This document shows, in pieces, positions 10,736 through 23,056 of a DNA stretch of 64,000 nt. Source of the stretch: Parasitella parasitica NRRL 2501 (lineage: Eukaryota > Fungi > Mucoromycota); NCBI GenBank assembly GCA_025201805.1, contig MU619288.1, forward strand, positions 1 through 64,000, read 5' to 3'. The notes below the pieces were generated by a model that did not search any database, was not told where the DNA came from, and saw only the letters and a list, made by a program, of their open reading frames with translations. How positions within the stretch are numbered: the first letter of the stretch is position 1; every line of letters begins with the position of its first letter. The translations under genes and the position numbers were made by a program.

Positions 10736-13648
10736 NTAAACATTTTTTTTGGCCATCCAAATACAGCGTGAGTTTACCTTTGGTTGTTTCAGCAGAATAG
10801 GGGCTGCATGAAATTGAAGAGTCATCCTCAAGGATACATAAATGAGTGCACAGTTTTTTAAAAGTGTCGACTTCTTCCTTGCTGTCGTGATCCACTATGG
10901 GGGCAACAAATGTTCTCAGGTAATCTAATGCTTGTATCGTAAATTGGCTCGTGTCTTTTCGGGACACTTGTTCCTTGAAAGTGTCCGCTTGCTTGCATAG
11001 CTCGTTTAACTTTCTAGTACGAAGATAAAATAAACATTGGCGAACAACCTGCTTTGAATCCGGTCTAAAAAAAATCATTGAGATCTACTTGCCATTTTTT
11101 ATTTTTATTTGCCAGTAACCAAAATACTTACTTTGCTAGCTTTAGTTCCCAAAAATCATCTAAGCGTTTCAATGGTTTTGAAATGTCGCCTGGATTTCCG
11201 CCAAACATAAAGTGCGATCTTGAATTGTAGTTGTAAACCAATTGGTGTGTATAGCGTGGATAAGGACTTATATCTTTCATGTGTTCCCAGTAGGTTGCTT
11301 CGTTACTTTCGCTTTCAAACACCTTTTCCCATTGATTCCGTTGGATATTATACACCCACAAGCAGTTTCTGACTGTGTTGCTTGGCTTTTTCTTCATAAA
11401 TCCTGATAATACGTATATTTCTTGGCTCTCTATGTCGATTGTTGCACGCTGTGTGTACCCTGAATCACTCCCGTATAATTTGCAAAAATCCTGAGCCACC
11501 TCGGTCAACTTGTCGGCTTCAATATCGTAGCAGTAAAGATCGGTTAAAGACTCTTTACCGCGTTGCCCCCCAAATATGTAAATACGGCGAGTCTTGGGAT
11601 CTATCAGCATAGAATGACCAGCCCTCGATTTTACAGTTTGTGATGCGTTTGGAGATGGCACGTATGAGCCGTTACTTGATCGTCTTCGTCCGACTGGAAT
11701 CTCACTCACTGCCAAAAGTGACGATGACGTTTGAGAAGGAACCGGTGATTGCAAATTTGAGACGTTGTTAATGTCGTGTCTCACAATATTCCAAGTAAAT
11801 TCGTCCATGTCATATGAATAGAATCCGCTATAAGTGTATGGTGCTGTATCCGGAGTAACTATACGGCCGCCTAGCACGTATAACTTTCTTCCTACCGAGT
11901 CGATGCACATTTGATGATCGCACAGCAAGGATGGCCCTCCATCAATCTGTATTGAAAAAGAAAAAAATGCTTAGAATTCGTCTTGGATCTATAAAATTAT
12001 ACATGTTATTTACCTGCGTATTTTCACTGATCTTGATCCACCTGTCTAAATCCGTAAAGTACTGGAAAAAATCCGAATCGTAGATTGTATGTGATGCCTC
12101 GGATGAAGATGCGCTGGACGTGCGAGCTTCTACGTATTTTCCAAGCACGTAGATTGATTTTCGTATAGGATCATAACACATGGAATGACAAGATCTTGGT
12201 GATGGTCCTCCCTGTCTATAAATCGCAAATAACCATTAACTTTTTTTGTCGGCCCCGTTTTCTACACTTTGACACATACAGAGTTGTATCAGCACTCAAC
12301 ATCCTCCAGCGGTTATCTCTAACATTGTAGCACCAGAAATCAGACAGATCTCTTTTACCATCCCAACCGCCAAACAGGTAGATTTTTTCACGCTCTGAAT
12401 CTATGCAAAGTTGATGGCCGCCTCGACCACACGGAGCATCACCGTCTAATTTTGGCTTTGAGTTCCAGAAGAATATTACATCCACAAGAAAAAAAAAACA
12501 AAATAAAAAAAAAAATAAAAAAAAAAACTAACCATCATTAGAGGCAAAAAGTTTTTGCCAAGTTGGGAGGTATTTTGCATTTTCAACGTAGGATGTGAAT
12601 ATACCTTTTCCATCCGCGTCCAGTATGATTTTTTCGGCAGCTTCAAAATCCCCATTCACCACTACAGACTGGTGCAGTCTTTCAACCAAGGGGTGCTCCA
12701 AGTCGACACTGCTTGATTTTTGTAACGCCGAGTAAACATCCATCATGTTCTTCTGTCTGAAATGCTTCAAGCACAATCTGATCGTTTCCATCTCTTTATA
12801 CTGTAAAATGATTCAGCTGTCAATGTGGGGTCCGATCCCACTAGTTTGCGGTTACACATATACCTCATTATATGCATCGTATACTTTGCTCATCAAGTCG
12901 TCATCCTTGACGCCTCTGACTTGGACGTACCAAATACTGTAATTGAAATTGGCACCAAATGTTGCGAGGGGAGTGATTTTTACGTATTGGATGGGAAAAA
13001 CCTGCCGCTTTTTTTGTTAGAAAAAAAAAAAGTGCTTTATTGACCCTTTTGATGTAATACTCACCAGATTGTTGTATGTATATCTAATCGGGAAACACTC
13101 GGCTTTGTTATCGTCGGTGAGACCTTCAGAGAGACAGCATGATTAAAATAAACGTTCAAAAAAACCCCCCCCCCAAAAAAATGGCTCCGTTCTTTCACTT
13201 ACCTTTGTGCGATAGTTCTTTCATATCACTTGGGTCCAGACCGCCGTATATCTTGAATTCCTTTAAATTGCATACGTGGCCTACCAGGTGTGTCATAGTT
13301 TTGCATTAATATTACGTGTTGGTGTGTGCGACAAGAGAGACTTACTACGATGGAATTTTCCAAACAGTATTTCACCTGTGCGTTCAAGTAAAAGTTTTTA
13401 GCAGCTATAAAGACTACGACATCGTCATACTTGCATGCCACAGCAGGTTGCTCGAGTTTGATTGTTATATACTGCGACTGATCGTGAGAGTTGGAGGACC
13501 AACGGGATGATTGTTCGGTAGGGTCGTTTACGCATATGTTTCGGGGATGATAAGGGCCTGAGAAAGATGAGTGGTCGTAAATATGGTATGGTAATGGTAC
13601 GTGGGGCGCATCGGCAATGAGCGTTTGTAAACCGTATTCTGCTTTCAT
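10736..13648 (-). CDS. MKLN1: Muskelin (discoidin-like N-domain, LisH/CTLH, kelch repeats), multi-exon; 3' end runs into the N gap
   Basis: SSFSGPYHPRNICVNDPTEQSSRWSS, HVCNLKEFKIYGGL, IRLCLKHFRQ, LEHP, PCGRGGHQLCID..IYLFGGWDG.RDLSDFW, SRAGHSM, PRYTHQLVY..FGGNPG..RLDDFW. Confidence 0.92.
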
Positions 13649-14157
13649 GTTTGCAAATGGATGAAGAAGGAAGGGGAGCAATTTCGTTGGAGGGCTTTGA
13701 AGCCGAAAACTTGGTCGGGGCTGAATTCTGCCTTACTGTGGATACCGTATAATAAGGCGTTTTTGATGACATTCCAAGGTTTCATGCAACGGAAAGTTCT
13801 CGCTTGTTGCTCTATTATATCATGTGCCCGACTACCAATCTGCACTTGAAGTGAAAATTGTGGTATATATGAGACAGCACCATTCAAGTGGCTTGTTGTT
13901 GTTACTCCAAAGCATTAATTTGGCAAGCCAGCAAGGGGGGGGGCGGATGCTGTACATCCATTTGGAATCATTCAACCGTACCCAATCACCAGTGTCTTGG
14001 CGATTTTTGCCTCCATTTATATGAATTAACCCACATCTTTTTTTTCTTTTTGCACCTTTTTCCTCTTGCTTGCAACAACCACAACACACCCATATAAATA
14101 TAGAAAACGAGTTTTTTTTTTTTTTTTTTTTTTACCAAAATAAAGCAATCAGCTATC

Positions 14158-14182
14158 AGAACCAGAACCAGAACCAGAACCA
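14158..14182 (+). repeat. (AGAACC)4 hexanucleotide microsatellite in the 5' leader of the Zn2Cys6 gene
   Basis: Sequence agaaccagaaccagaaccagaacca. Confidence 0.8.
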
Positions 14183-14215
14183 GGACTAAAACCAACCAAT
14201 CTACTGCTCCAAACA

Positions 14216-14812
14216 ATGCCTCTTGAAGAACAACATGCAACCGAAGTGCGTAGAAAAAGAGCAAAGATAGTGAGTGCCTGTGGAGAATGCAGACGTAAAA
14301 AGACAAAGTGCAACGGCGAGCATCCTTGCAGAAATTGCGAGAAATCTGGAGTTCCTTGTGTGTACCCTTCTTCTTCAACAAATGACGATAAACGCAACGC
14401 GCCAAGCAAAGCAGCCCTGGAGGCCATTGAAGAACGCTTAAAGACAATCGAAGACATGCTGCGTACGATAATCAAGGCGCAGAATATGATTTCAGTAGAT
14501 ATGGATCCCGTAGTCAACAGCTTTCTGCACAGGGATTCAAAGTCGTCTTCATCGTCTGTATCGTCGCCTCCACTAAACCAAACGAATACACCTCCGCCCC
14601 AGAATCTTCCTCCAACTTCCCCGTCTCTACAAAATAGATTGCCGTCTATTCGAAGTCTATCCTCGTCCTATTCAACAGAAATCAAACTTGAACCAAGAGA
14701 TCTTCCACCTTTAGGCTTTCAACCGTACGCTTATAACAATAATAATAACAACAATAATAATAGCAAATACCAGGCGGAGACCGAAGATTTCATGAAAAAA
14801 CGTAAAAGATGA
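14216..14812 (+). CDS. Short Zn(II)2Cys6 transcription factor (198 aa)
   Basis: ACGECRRKKTKCNGEHPCRNCEKSGVPCVY followed by coiled coil LEAIEERLKTIEDML. TATAAATA at about 14093. Confidence 0.92.
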   Translation: MPLEEQHATEVRRKRAKIVSACGECRRKKTKCNGEHPCRNCEKSGVPCVYPSSSTNDDKRNAPSKAALEAIEERLKTIEDMLRTIIKAQNMISVDMDPVVNSFLHRDSKSSSSSVSSPPLNQTNTPPPQNLPPTSPSLQNRLPSIRSLSSSYSTEIKLEPRDLPPLGFQPYAYNNNNNNNNNSKYQAETEDFMKKRKR

Positions 14813-15026
14813 TCCATTCTACATAACCGGATATAGCTTAACCATTTATAATTACATATATATTTCTTATCGCTTCTCTATTTCTTGCTTAATACTACTA
14901 TACTTTATCTGCACTACTATTATCTTCAATATTCATAACGTAAACACAAGCTTACAAAACAAATCTCTGCAATAAAATCCTTTCAATTGCTTTTAGAATA
15001 ATAAATATTAACATTTTTTTGTTTCT

Positions 15027-16810
15027 TTATTTTGCATAAACTTCCTTCATAGCTGCTTTGAGATGTTGAACAAAGTAAAAGCAATCTTTGAATGTGTTAT
15101 ACAAAGGCGCAGGAGCCACACGAATGACTGTGGGCTTGCGATCATCCACAATAACACCATGGGAATGAAGAGCACGAAACACTTTCATCATTTTAGTTGG
15201 GAACTCCAATGACAGCTGACATCCACGCTGTTCAGGGTCACTTGGTGTTAAGATGCGGATTAAATCTTGGCTGAATTCTCGCTTCAATTCATTCAAAAGC
15301 AGCTTCTCAAGATATCCGGTCAAGGAATAAGATACTTGACGTAGCTTTTCAATACCACCAGCTTTTTCAAAGATTTCAAGCGCTCCCAGAAGAGAGATTG
15401 TGGTGAAGACACTAGGATTGCTCAACTGATAGCCCGAGGCGCCTTCGCTGGCTTGAAACTCTGGAAGCATCTCAAAACGGTTCTCTTTTTGGTTGCCCCA
15501 CCAACCAGCCAATCTACAATTTTTTTTTTTTTTTTTTGCTTAGCAACAGATTTCAAGTGCATTACACTGATTGTGCTCTTACCTTGGGCGCTCTTTATCG
15601 TCATTATACTTTTCATGAATGAACAGTCCAGCAATACCACCCGCTCCAGAGTTCAGGTATTTGTAAGAACACCAGCAAGCAAAATCGACATTCCATGCAT
15701 GTAGTTGTAAAGGTACATTACCAACAGCATGAGCAAGATCCCAACCAACAATACAGCCCTATATAAGCAGTTACTACCTCCATGTTTGTTTGTTTTTTTT
15801 ACAAAAAAAATATATATATATATATATAACATACAGCTTCTTTACCAGCCTTTGTAATTTTTTCAATTTCAAAGAATTGGCCAGTATAGTACTGAACACC
15901 AGGAAGTATGACAACAGCGATCTCTGTGTCTTTGTTGATGAGATCGATAATATCTTGAGTGTGCAGGATATCTTCCCCTGATCGAGGAGCAATGGTCAAA
16001 AGGCCAACATTTGGATCAATGCCTCTAGATTGAATGTGGGAGCTAACAGCATACTGCAAGTTTGAGTTAAGTCGGGTGCATGAGAGTATCTTCTATTCTT
16101 CCACTAAAAAAAGCTTACATGGTCCGAAGGAAATGCTTTTTGTTCAATCAAGATTTTGAATTTTTTTTCAGTGGGTTGATAAAACGTGATCAGCATGCAA
16201 TGTATGTTGGAGGTCAATGTACTCATAGCAGTGACTTCGGATGGTTTAGCACCTACATGTATGCCCTTGTTAGTCGCAAGCATTTGCAAAATAAAAGCTT
16301 TTGCCTTGGTAAATTAGTTACCGACTAAATTAGCCAAGGGCTCCTTGACAAGTTCGTCAACGGTTGCCCATGGTCTATTATAAGGGTGGTTCCAATGGCC
16401 TTCTACACCTCTATTTCAATGACGACGAGTCAGGCAACGAATTAAACTGGATAGTATCATGATCAAACCTTTTACTCCAGACGTCCAGCTCCTCATTGAT
16501 GAGCTCCCGAGAGCGCTTGGGCATTAAACCCAGGGAGTTTCCACACAAGTAAGTACAGGGTTCGTCTAACTCTTCTTCTTTTTCTAATTCATGCTATCAG
16601 TTTCATGCCTTCCCCGCCCCCCGCCCCCCTATATTTTTCATTCAGGTTTTACTCACCAAAAATTGGATTTTCCCCAGAAACCATGCGGCGTGTAGGAATA
16701 GCGAACTCATCTCGGTATTTTGAAAGCTCGTTATTATCATCTAATTCATTGGCGAGTTTCAAAGAGTTTAATGCAAGCTGCGAGCTCTCTATGTAGTTTA
16801 AAAGAGCCAT
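15027..16810 (-). CDS. BNA5: Kynureninase (PLP-dependent), multi-exon
   Basis: [85 protein letters not shown]. Confidence 0.96.
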
Positions 16811-18436
16811 TTTTTGAAAGTAAAACAAAACAATGTCATACTTGTAAAATGGAACCATTATATACATTTTTCTCGGAGATATAATGACTTGCTCAAGACC
16901 ACATTCACCTTGGACTCGCTAATGCGGCAATAACAAGTAACTGCGTAAAATGGGCAATTAAACTACACTATGCAGTACAGAAAAGCATACAGTGAAGCCA
17001 AGAATAGTGATCATTCTTTAGTTTGGTTACAGGGCAACAATTTTTCACTTTCAAGAGAAAAATCTGCAACTGTCAATAAATGCTACTGATACCGATACGC
17101 TCCCAATGTAGGACAAAAACTGCTCTAATAATATCGTCATGAGGACGCCATAAACTAGTTACTGAGCTGATTTGATTTGTACAACTTTGAAAGTCTAATA
17201 CACAGACTCAAGTGCTCGATACCACACCAAACGGTTTCCCAGAGCTCATGGGTACAAGGGAAAATGTATATCAAATTATCTTACTTCCAATTTCTTTTTC
17301 TTGTATGCTTACTTTGTGTCAACAGGGTGATTCACTCGGTGGTGAGTTGTAGTGGTACAAATAGTGCTCAAAGAATCAGACTCAATCGTCGACAGGGCTC
17401 ATAGCCACAAACATGGAAGATGTATTTTTGGTTTCCTTGTCCATGTAACGCCCATTGATTTTCAATATATCTGTGTATAAAGTCCCACTCTGTTTGCGTC
17501 TCACTGACATGAAGGTTGGTGTTTGCTTGTCGTGTGGCTCTTGGTTGCTTTACTTTTGCCTGCGACTTTGATCAAGCGTTCTGTTCTCATCCGCTGATCA
17601 ATGCGGCAAAACTTTGAAGTATCTAGCCCTGGTCACTTCGTCCCAGATTCTTTGATAGCATCGTGACATAATCTTTCTCCTTCAATCTATACAATGAGTA
17701 ATCATGCCTTACTCCGTCGCAGATACACAAGCTAGAAAAATTTTAAACTTTAGATAAAGCAGTTTCCCCCCAGTAGCATATTATAATAAAGTGGTAGTCT
17801 GCCTGTGCTTTGAATATGCCAGGAAAAATATTTGATATACATTAGCACTAGTCGAAAACACCTATTCGACTCTACCTTTTTGACATACAACTACCTTTTT
17901 AAGTAATTTAATGCAAAATTTGAATAACAAACAACTCATTTTTAAAATTATTTAAAAAAACTTTATCAAAGATTAAACCATTTGGGTGTTCAATTAAGAA
18001 TCTGAAAACGTATTTATATTGAATGTATGATTTTTAATATGATTTAGAGTTACTTTTTTGAGGAGATGATAAAGATGACATAATAATACTCGCCTCTCCC
18101 AAATAATGTTCTAATGCCAACAAAGTCGCTCTAACTGTCGAAAATGGTCGTAGATTATGATAGCGTCAGTTTTTTTTTTACTTGAGATAATTCGACATGA
18201 ACATCATCAAGTAGTTTTCCTGGCTGTCTACATCCATTTGATGGTTCGTTATTTTTAATGTGAACGGCGAACAAACAAAAAAAAAAGCCAAAACATTAAT
18301 TCTCAAGTGTGTTTTGTTGGGTATAATTGATTAATATTTCGTACCCACTCCCATGACGTGGTACGAGTCTACATGGATAAATAACTCCCATTCTTTGCCT
18401 TTTTCTTCCTCTCACATCAAAACAAAAAGAACAATA

Positions 18437-19258
18437 ATGAGTGGTCAAAAGAAAGCTATCGTGTTTCTGTGTGAAGGTGCTGAAGAAATGGAGTTCACAA
18501 TTACGGGTAATTCAAAAAAATTCGCTGGTATTTCCAAGCACATTCAATTAAAATTGATTCATATGCAATAGTCGACATATTGCGTCGTGCTAAAGTTGAG
18601 GTCACTGTAGTCGGTGTAGAGATTGCTAACGAAGTTGCTGTCTGCAGTCGCGGCGTCAAGATTGCTCCTGATGTGAAATTCAGCAAGAGTTTGAACTCTG
18701 TACGTTGTTCAACAATATGTGTCAGAAGTTTGCTTACTGAAATTTAACGTCTACTGGTAGGAAAACTATGATGCAGTTATCATTCCTGGTGGTAATGGTA
18801 GCGCAAAGACTTTATGTAGTCATGAAGATGCCAAAAAATTGATTATGGATTTTTACAACAGCAAAAAAATTGTCGCATTTATCTGTGCTGGCACACTCGT
18901 TGCAGAGAAAGCTGGCATTCCTCACAAACACACTGTTACCTCGTATCCTGCCTTTAAGAAACAATTAGAAAAAGGTAACCGTTGACCCTTATCTAAAGAC
19001 ATGCATTGCACCAACAATGTTTCTCTCCATGTAGTCTATACTTACTCTGATGATCGTGTCGTGGTTGATGATAACGTCATTACTAGTCGTAGCCCCGGGA
19101 CAACATTTTTGTTTGCATTGACGATTGTCGAAAAATTACTTGATGTTGGGGTATGTACAGTATTCTTCCCATATATGAAACATTGAGCTAACGCTTTTCC
19201 TTATTGGTAGACTGCAAACTCGCTTAGAGATGAAATGCTCACTTGCTCTGCTCTCTAA
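18437..19258 (+). CDS. DJ-1/PfpI (ThiJ) family glyoxalase/deglycase, 5 exons
   Basis: [39 protein letters not shown] (catalytic Cys), ITSRSPGT. Confidence 0.93.
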
Positions 19259-19691
19259 AATGAAAACTAATAAAGTCATATTTTGAAATTCTGACATAGG
19301 CTACAAACTCATTTACTCGCTTTTTTTATGCTCGCAAAATCCGTCCCTGAGCGGAGGTGTAATACCAATGATCAACTGTATCACGGAAGGGCTTTTCATG
19401 TTATTTGTACAGTTGATCATTATGCCTTTTATTTTGTACATTTGCTCCAAGATCCTTCTAAAGCAACATTCTTCATCGGATCAGCACAAAATTAACGTAA
19501 GCATCCGAATGATATCCTGTGGTCCATAATTAAAGTATACATTGATGTTACTCAAGAAACTTGACAAGTGAAAAAAGGAAAAAAATCCGAGAAAAAACAA
19601 TACAATGTTAAAGAAATGAGCCAAGTTTTTGTTTCAGATATTTAATTATAATGAATAATAAAAAAAAAGAACGTTCAAGATACTACAACAT

Positions 19692-20456
19692 TTAAGCATC
19701 CTTGATCTTTTTGGTACCACGGAGGAGACCAGTACGACGAGCAGCAATTAAACCAACCTTTTGACCAGCAGGAGAATCACGAGCCATGGTAGAAGCCTTA
19801 CCAATATGTTGATGGTTACCACCACCGTGAGGATGGTCAACGGGATTCATGGCAACGCCACGAGTCTTGGGCCAGCTGTTACGCTTAACTCTATACTTGT
19901 GGAAAGCACGACCAGCCTTCAAGAGAGGTTTATCAATACGACCACCACCAGCAACGATACCAATGACGGCACGGGAAGTAGAAGGAATAACCTTCTTGGA
20001 GCCAGAGGGAAGACGGATACGGGTCTTGCCATCATCACCATGGCCAATGATAGTGACATAGTTACCGGAGGCACGGGCAATAGATCCACGATCACCAACC
20101 TTTTCCTCAACATTACAGACAACGGTACCTTCGGGCACAGAAGCCAAGGGCATAACGTTGCCAATGTTCAAGGTAGCCTTCTTACCGGCGTAGATGAATT
20201 GGCCAGTATACATACCTTCAGTAGCGATGAAAGTCTCGGTACGGAGCTTATACTTGTAGGGGTCACGGAAGACAACCTTGGCAAGAGGAGCGCCTCTTCC
20301 AGGATCGTGAACAATATCCTTGACAATACCACGAACATAACCATGACGTTCAGCGAAATCAAAGACTCTGAGCTTGGCAGCACCCTTACGACCAACGGTG
20401 TGAGAGCGGAAGATGCTTCCAGCACCCTTTCTTTGAGCACGAATAACACGACCCAT
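19692..20456 (-). CDS. RPL2: 60S ribosomal protein uL2 (yeast L2 / human L8)
   Basis: [45 protein letters not shown], with strong codon bias. Confidence 0.99.
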   Translation of the reverse strand: MGRVIRAQRKGAGSIFRSHTVGRKGAAKLRVFDFAERHGYVRGIVKDIVHDPGRGAPLAKVVFRDPYKYKLRTETFIATEGMYTGQFIYAGKKATLNIGNVMPLASVPEGTVVCNVEEKVGDRGSIARASGNYVTIIGHGDDGKTRIRLPSGSKKVIPSTSRAVIGIVAGGGRIDKPLLKAGRAFHKYRVKRNSWPKTRGVAMNPVDHPHGGGNHQHIGKASTMARDSPAGQKVGLIAARRTGLLRGTKKIKDA

Positions 20457-20471
20457 TCAAGATGATTAATT

Positions 20472-20899
20472 CTATACAAATAAACCTGTTAAATACGACG
20501 TTTTGTGAATGCAAGTGGAGATATCAATAATGAAAAGGGGTCGACAGGAGATAATAAATTGGAGAATCGAGTGAGATGTATGTTGCTATAGCGACATGAT
20601 GATGCTGAATTGAAATGTTGAACATGTGTAATTGAGGTAGCTTCACAAGTGAAAGTCTTTGTTTAGTGGGCTGATATGCAAGGTATTCCATCCGAATTAT
20701 TTCATTCTTCTTCCATATTCATTCATTTATCCATCCATCCATCCATCCATCCGACTAAAGCATCCATCCATCCACTCTCACTACTCGATTCTCAGCATAA
20801 TTCATATCGTTGCCTCTATATTTTCAATATTGAGATCTTATTGCTTAAAACATACCCTATTTGGGGAGAAGAGAAGGGAGCTACACTGATCAGTCTTAC
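20472..20899 (-). other. Probable 5'UTR intron of RPL2 (about 430 nt) containing (GGAT)n repeats
   Basis: Minus-strand donor GTAAGA near 20899. Acceptor TTTGTATAG ends at 20472, 15 nt before the ATG. Confidence 0.6.
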
Positions 20900-22049
20900 T
20901 TTACTATTTCTGCTTGATCAGGGAGCCACCAAATTTGAGTTTGAAACGGGTCGCGGTAGCAGAAGCACTTCCTGCAGTACATAAAAGATGGCAGATTGCC
21001 TCTGTTATTACAGCCTGAGGAAACCTTAATTATTCACAAAAGATGTGGGATATTTAATTTCAGAGAAGAGGAATAAATTTTTTAAAAAAAGTGTAATCTT
21101 TATCAGCTAAGCGAATTCTAGTAGGAATATGTATATTTTATGGTTGTAAACTCGATTAGTGCAGTATGATTGGCCAATTCCTATTTTAACGCTTTCTGAT
21201 TGGATGGTTCATCTAATTAGAGATTAACATCTCCAACTTTACAGAAAAAAAAAAGAATAAGCATGCAAGTAGACAATTATAATAATATGATAAAATTACT
21301 TTTTCTTTTTTCTGTAGTAGCGCATGTTATCTTCGTTCTACCATGAGGAACATAATTACTGCCTTCCATATGTGCGCGCTTTAGCTGCGTTTATTTTATG
21401 GACATGGAGATATGGCCCAAGAATTTGATAGTGAGTATCGTCCTCTCTTATGACAAATATTTTCATCAATTAACATCAAAGAGTTTGATGAAATGTCACC
21501 AGCTAATCCTCAAATACCTTTGTTGTTGTTGTATACATAGTGCTCATTTACTGCCTTCTACATATCTACATATTTCTGATATGCGCACCTGCATTACAGC
21601 ATCTGCTCATCAAGGCACATCTATCAGGAATAGCCAACCATAGCTAATAAAGGATTGTATATTAAATCAATGCAAGCTACTCTGAGACATGTCAAGTGCA
21701 TTATTACTCAGGAACAAGAGTCTTTATTATGAAAAAGAACGCCTTCCAAGCGTAAATAAAAAGGCAGATTTTATATACAGTGAGAAACGGATACTTCTCG
21801 TTTATTTTCGTTTGTTTATTTTTCAGTGTGCAACTTTACTCCTATATTGTTGAATACATCAGTTGTGTCAATCGCTACATACTGAAAATATTATATACAT
21901 TATCTTGCTATATAACTATTATTACTCCCCTTATGTTACCTCGCTTTATAGCCTAAACTAATATTCCACCGTAGTAGCCTCGCTAATATATATAATATGA
22001 ATTCCAAACTGTATACTACCTGACTTATCACAATTAGGAACATTTTGAA

Positions 22050-23056
22050 CTCTTTTTGGACCAAGCCAGCTTTAACATAAACATGCGTCGCTCGACAGCT
22101 TGGTCGCGTCGTGGAACACAAGCACTTATAGAATCACCTTCTGTGAGGAGTGTTTCTCATAATGTCATCAGTGCTGTCACCACATTTAGTACAGTAAATG
22201 TGAGCATGAGAGAGATAGGAAATGTTAAGAAAAGAATGATTGTAGGCACAACAAAACGAAAGACATCTGGAAATGCGGGCGTGGCTACTCCAAAAGGCAC
22301 TACAGCTGACCATTATCTACGGTTCATCAGTAATACGTTAGACATTATGGATGCATTTCCCAACATGAAGGGTTTCTGATCTGCTATAATTGTAGATAGG
22401 AGATTATGGCAATGTACTTCAATGGAAGATTGAAGGTTGTCCATTGATGTGATGTAATACACCTGTGTAGATTGGAGAAAAAAAAGTCTCTGTTTTAACA
22501 CGGATCTGTGCAATAGGATACAGGTTGGGGCACTGTCAGATCAAAGACGTGTAGCCTTTGTCGTATAATTTTACATCGTACCCTGTCAAGTAGATTGTTA
22601 CTGGGAATTAGTCCTGTCAATTAGTAATATCAATAATTCACAATAAATTTGTGTAGTTGTAAAAGGTATAGATAGCAGATGCAATTTCGATCTTAAAGTA
22701 TCATAAAGTTTTCGTATCTCGTTAGCCTCTTTTTTTTTTTTTGTTTTTGTTTCTGATAGTTTCCATATCGTCATGGACAATGCTCCAATTAATTTTCCTG
22801 ATGTAATTGATCCTATCATAAAGGGAAGAGAGTATAAACCTGTCTGCCTTTCACCCTACTCACCTGAGCTAAATCCGATCGAGATGTTCTGGAAAGTTTA
22901 AAAGATAGAGTAAAAAGAGGCAAGCCAAGCGACGTGAAAACCTTTACTTCTAGAGTTGTTAAAGGAAGTGATGATGTTCCAATTGAGCATTTGCAAAATG
23001 TCATCCAACATTCTATAGATAGTTTACCTAAATGGCTTAATAAAGAGCCTTTATAA
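22050..23056 (+). mobile_element. Degenerate IS630-Tc1/mariner DD34E transposase, split by a 382-bp insertion and frameshifted
   Basis: LDQASFNINMRR..KGTTADHYLRFI..MKGF | HIVMDNAPI..LSPYSPELNPIEMFW..KWLNKEPL*. The second D and the E are 34 residues apart. Confidence 0.88.
22377..22758. mobile_element. 382-bp insertion with 5-bp target-site duplication (GTTTC), probable solo LTR
   Basis: GTTTC at 22372-22376 and 22759-22763. Excision restores MKGFHIVMDN in frame. Starts with TG and has internal TATA-like and poly(A)-like signals. Confidence 0.6.

Noticed and set aside
10829-10837. GTATCCTT (U12-type donor-like) on the muskelin sense strand
   Set aside because: It reads as continuous coding sequence (LCILED), and a normal GT donor follows about 60 nt later.
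17320-17700. Exon-like decayed sequence between BNA5 and DJ-1
   Set aside because: Stops in all frames and no recognisable family.
19367-19421. SECIS-like AUGA..AA..UGA appearance of the hairpin downstream of DJ-1
   Set aside because: The UGA triplets are Watson-Crick paired and out of register for a non-canonical quartet, and DJ-1 has no in-frame UGA.
19761-20465. 234-aa ORF antisense to RPL2
   Set aside because: Expected shadow of strong codon bias in a ribosomal protein gene; low-complexity T/S/N product.
20596-20674. Box C (ATGATGA) to box D (CTGA) pattern within the RPL2 intron
   Set aside because: It is on the strand antisense to the host transcript, with only a short and unconvincing rRNA complement.
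21781-22042. Second TG...CA LTR-like segment upstream of the Tc1 core
   Set aside because: No matching target-site duplication.
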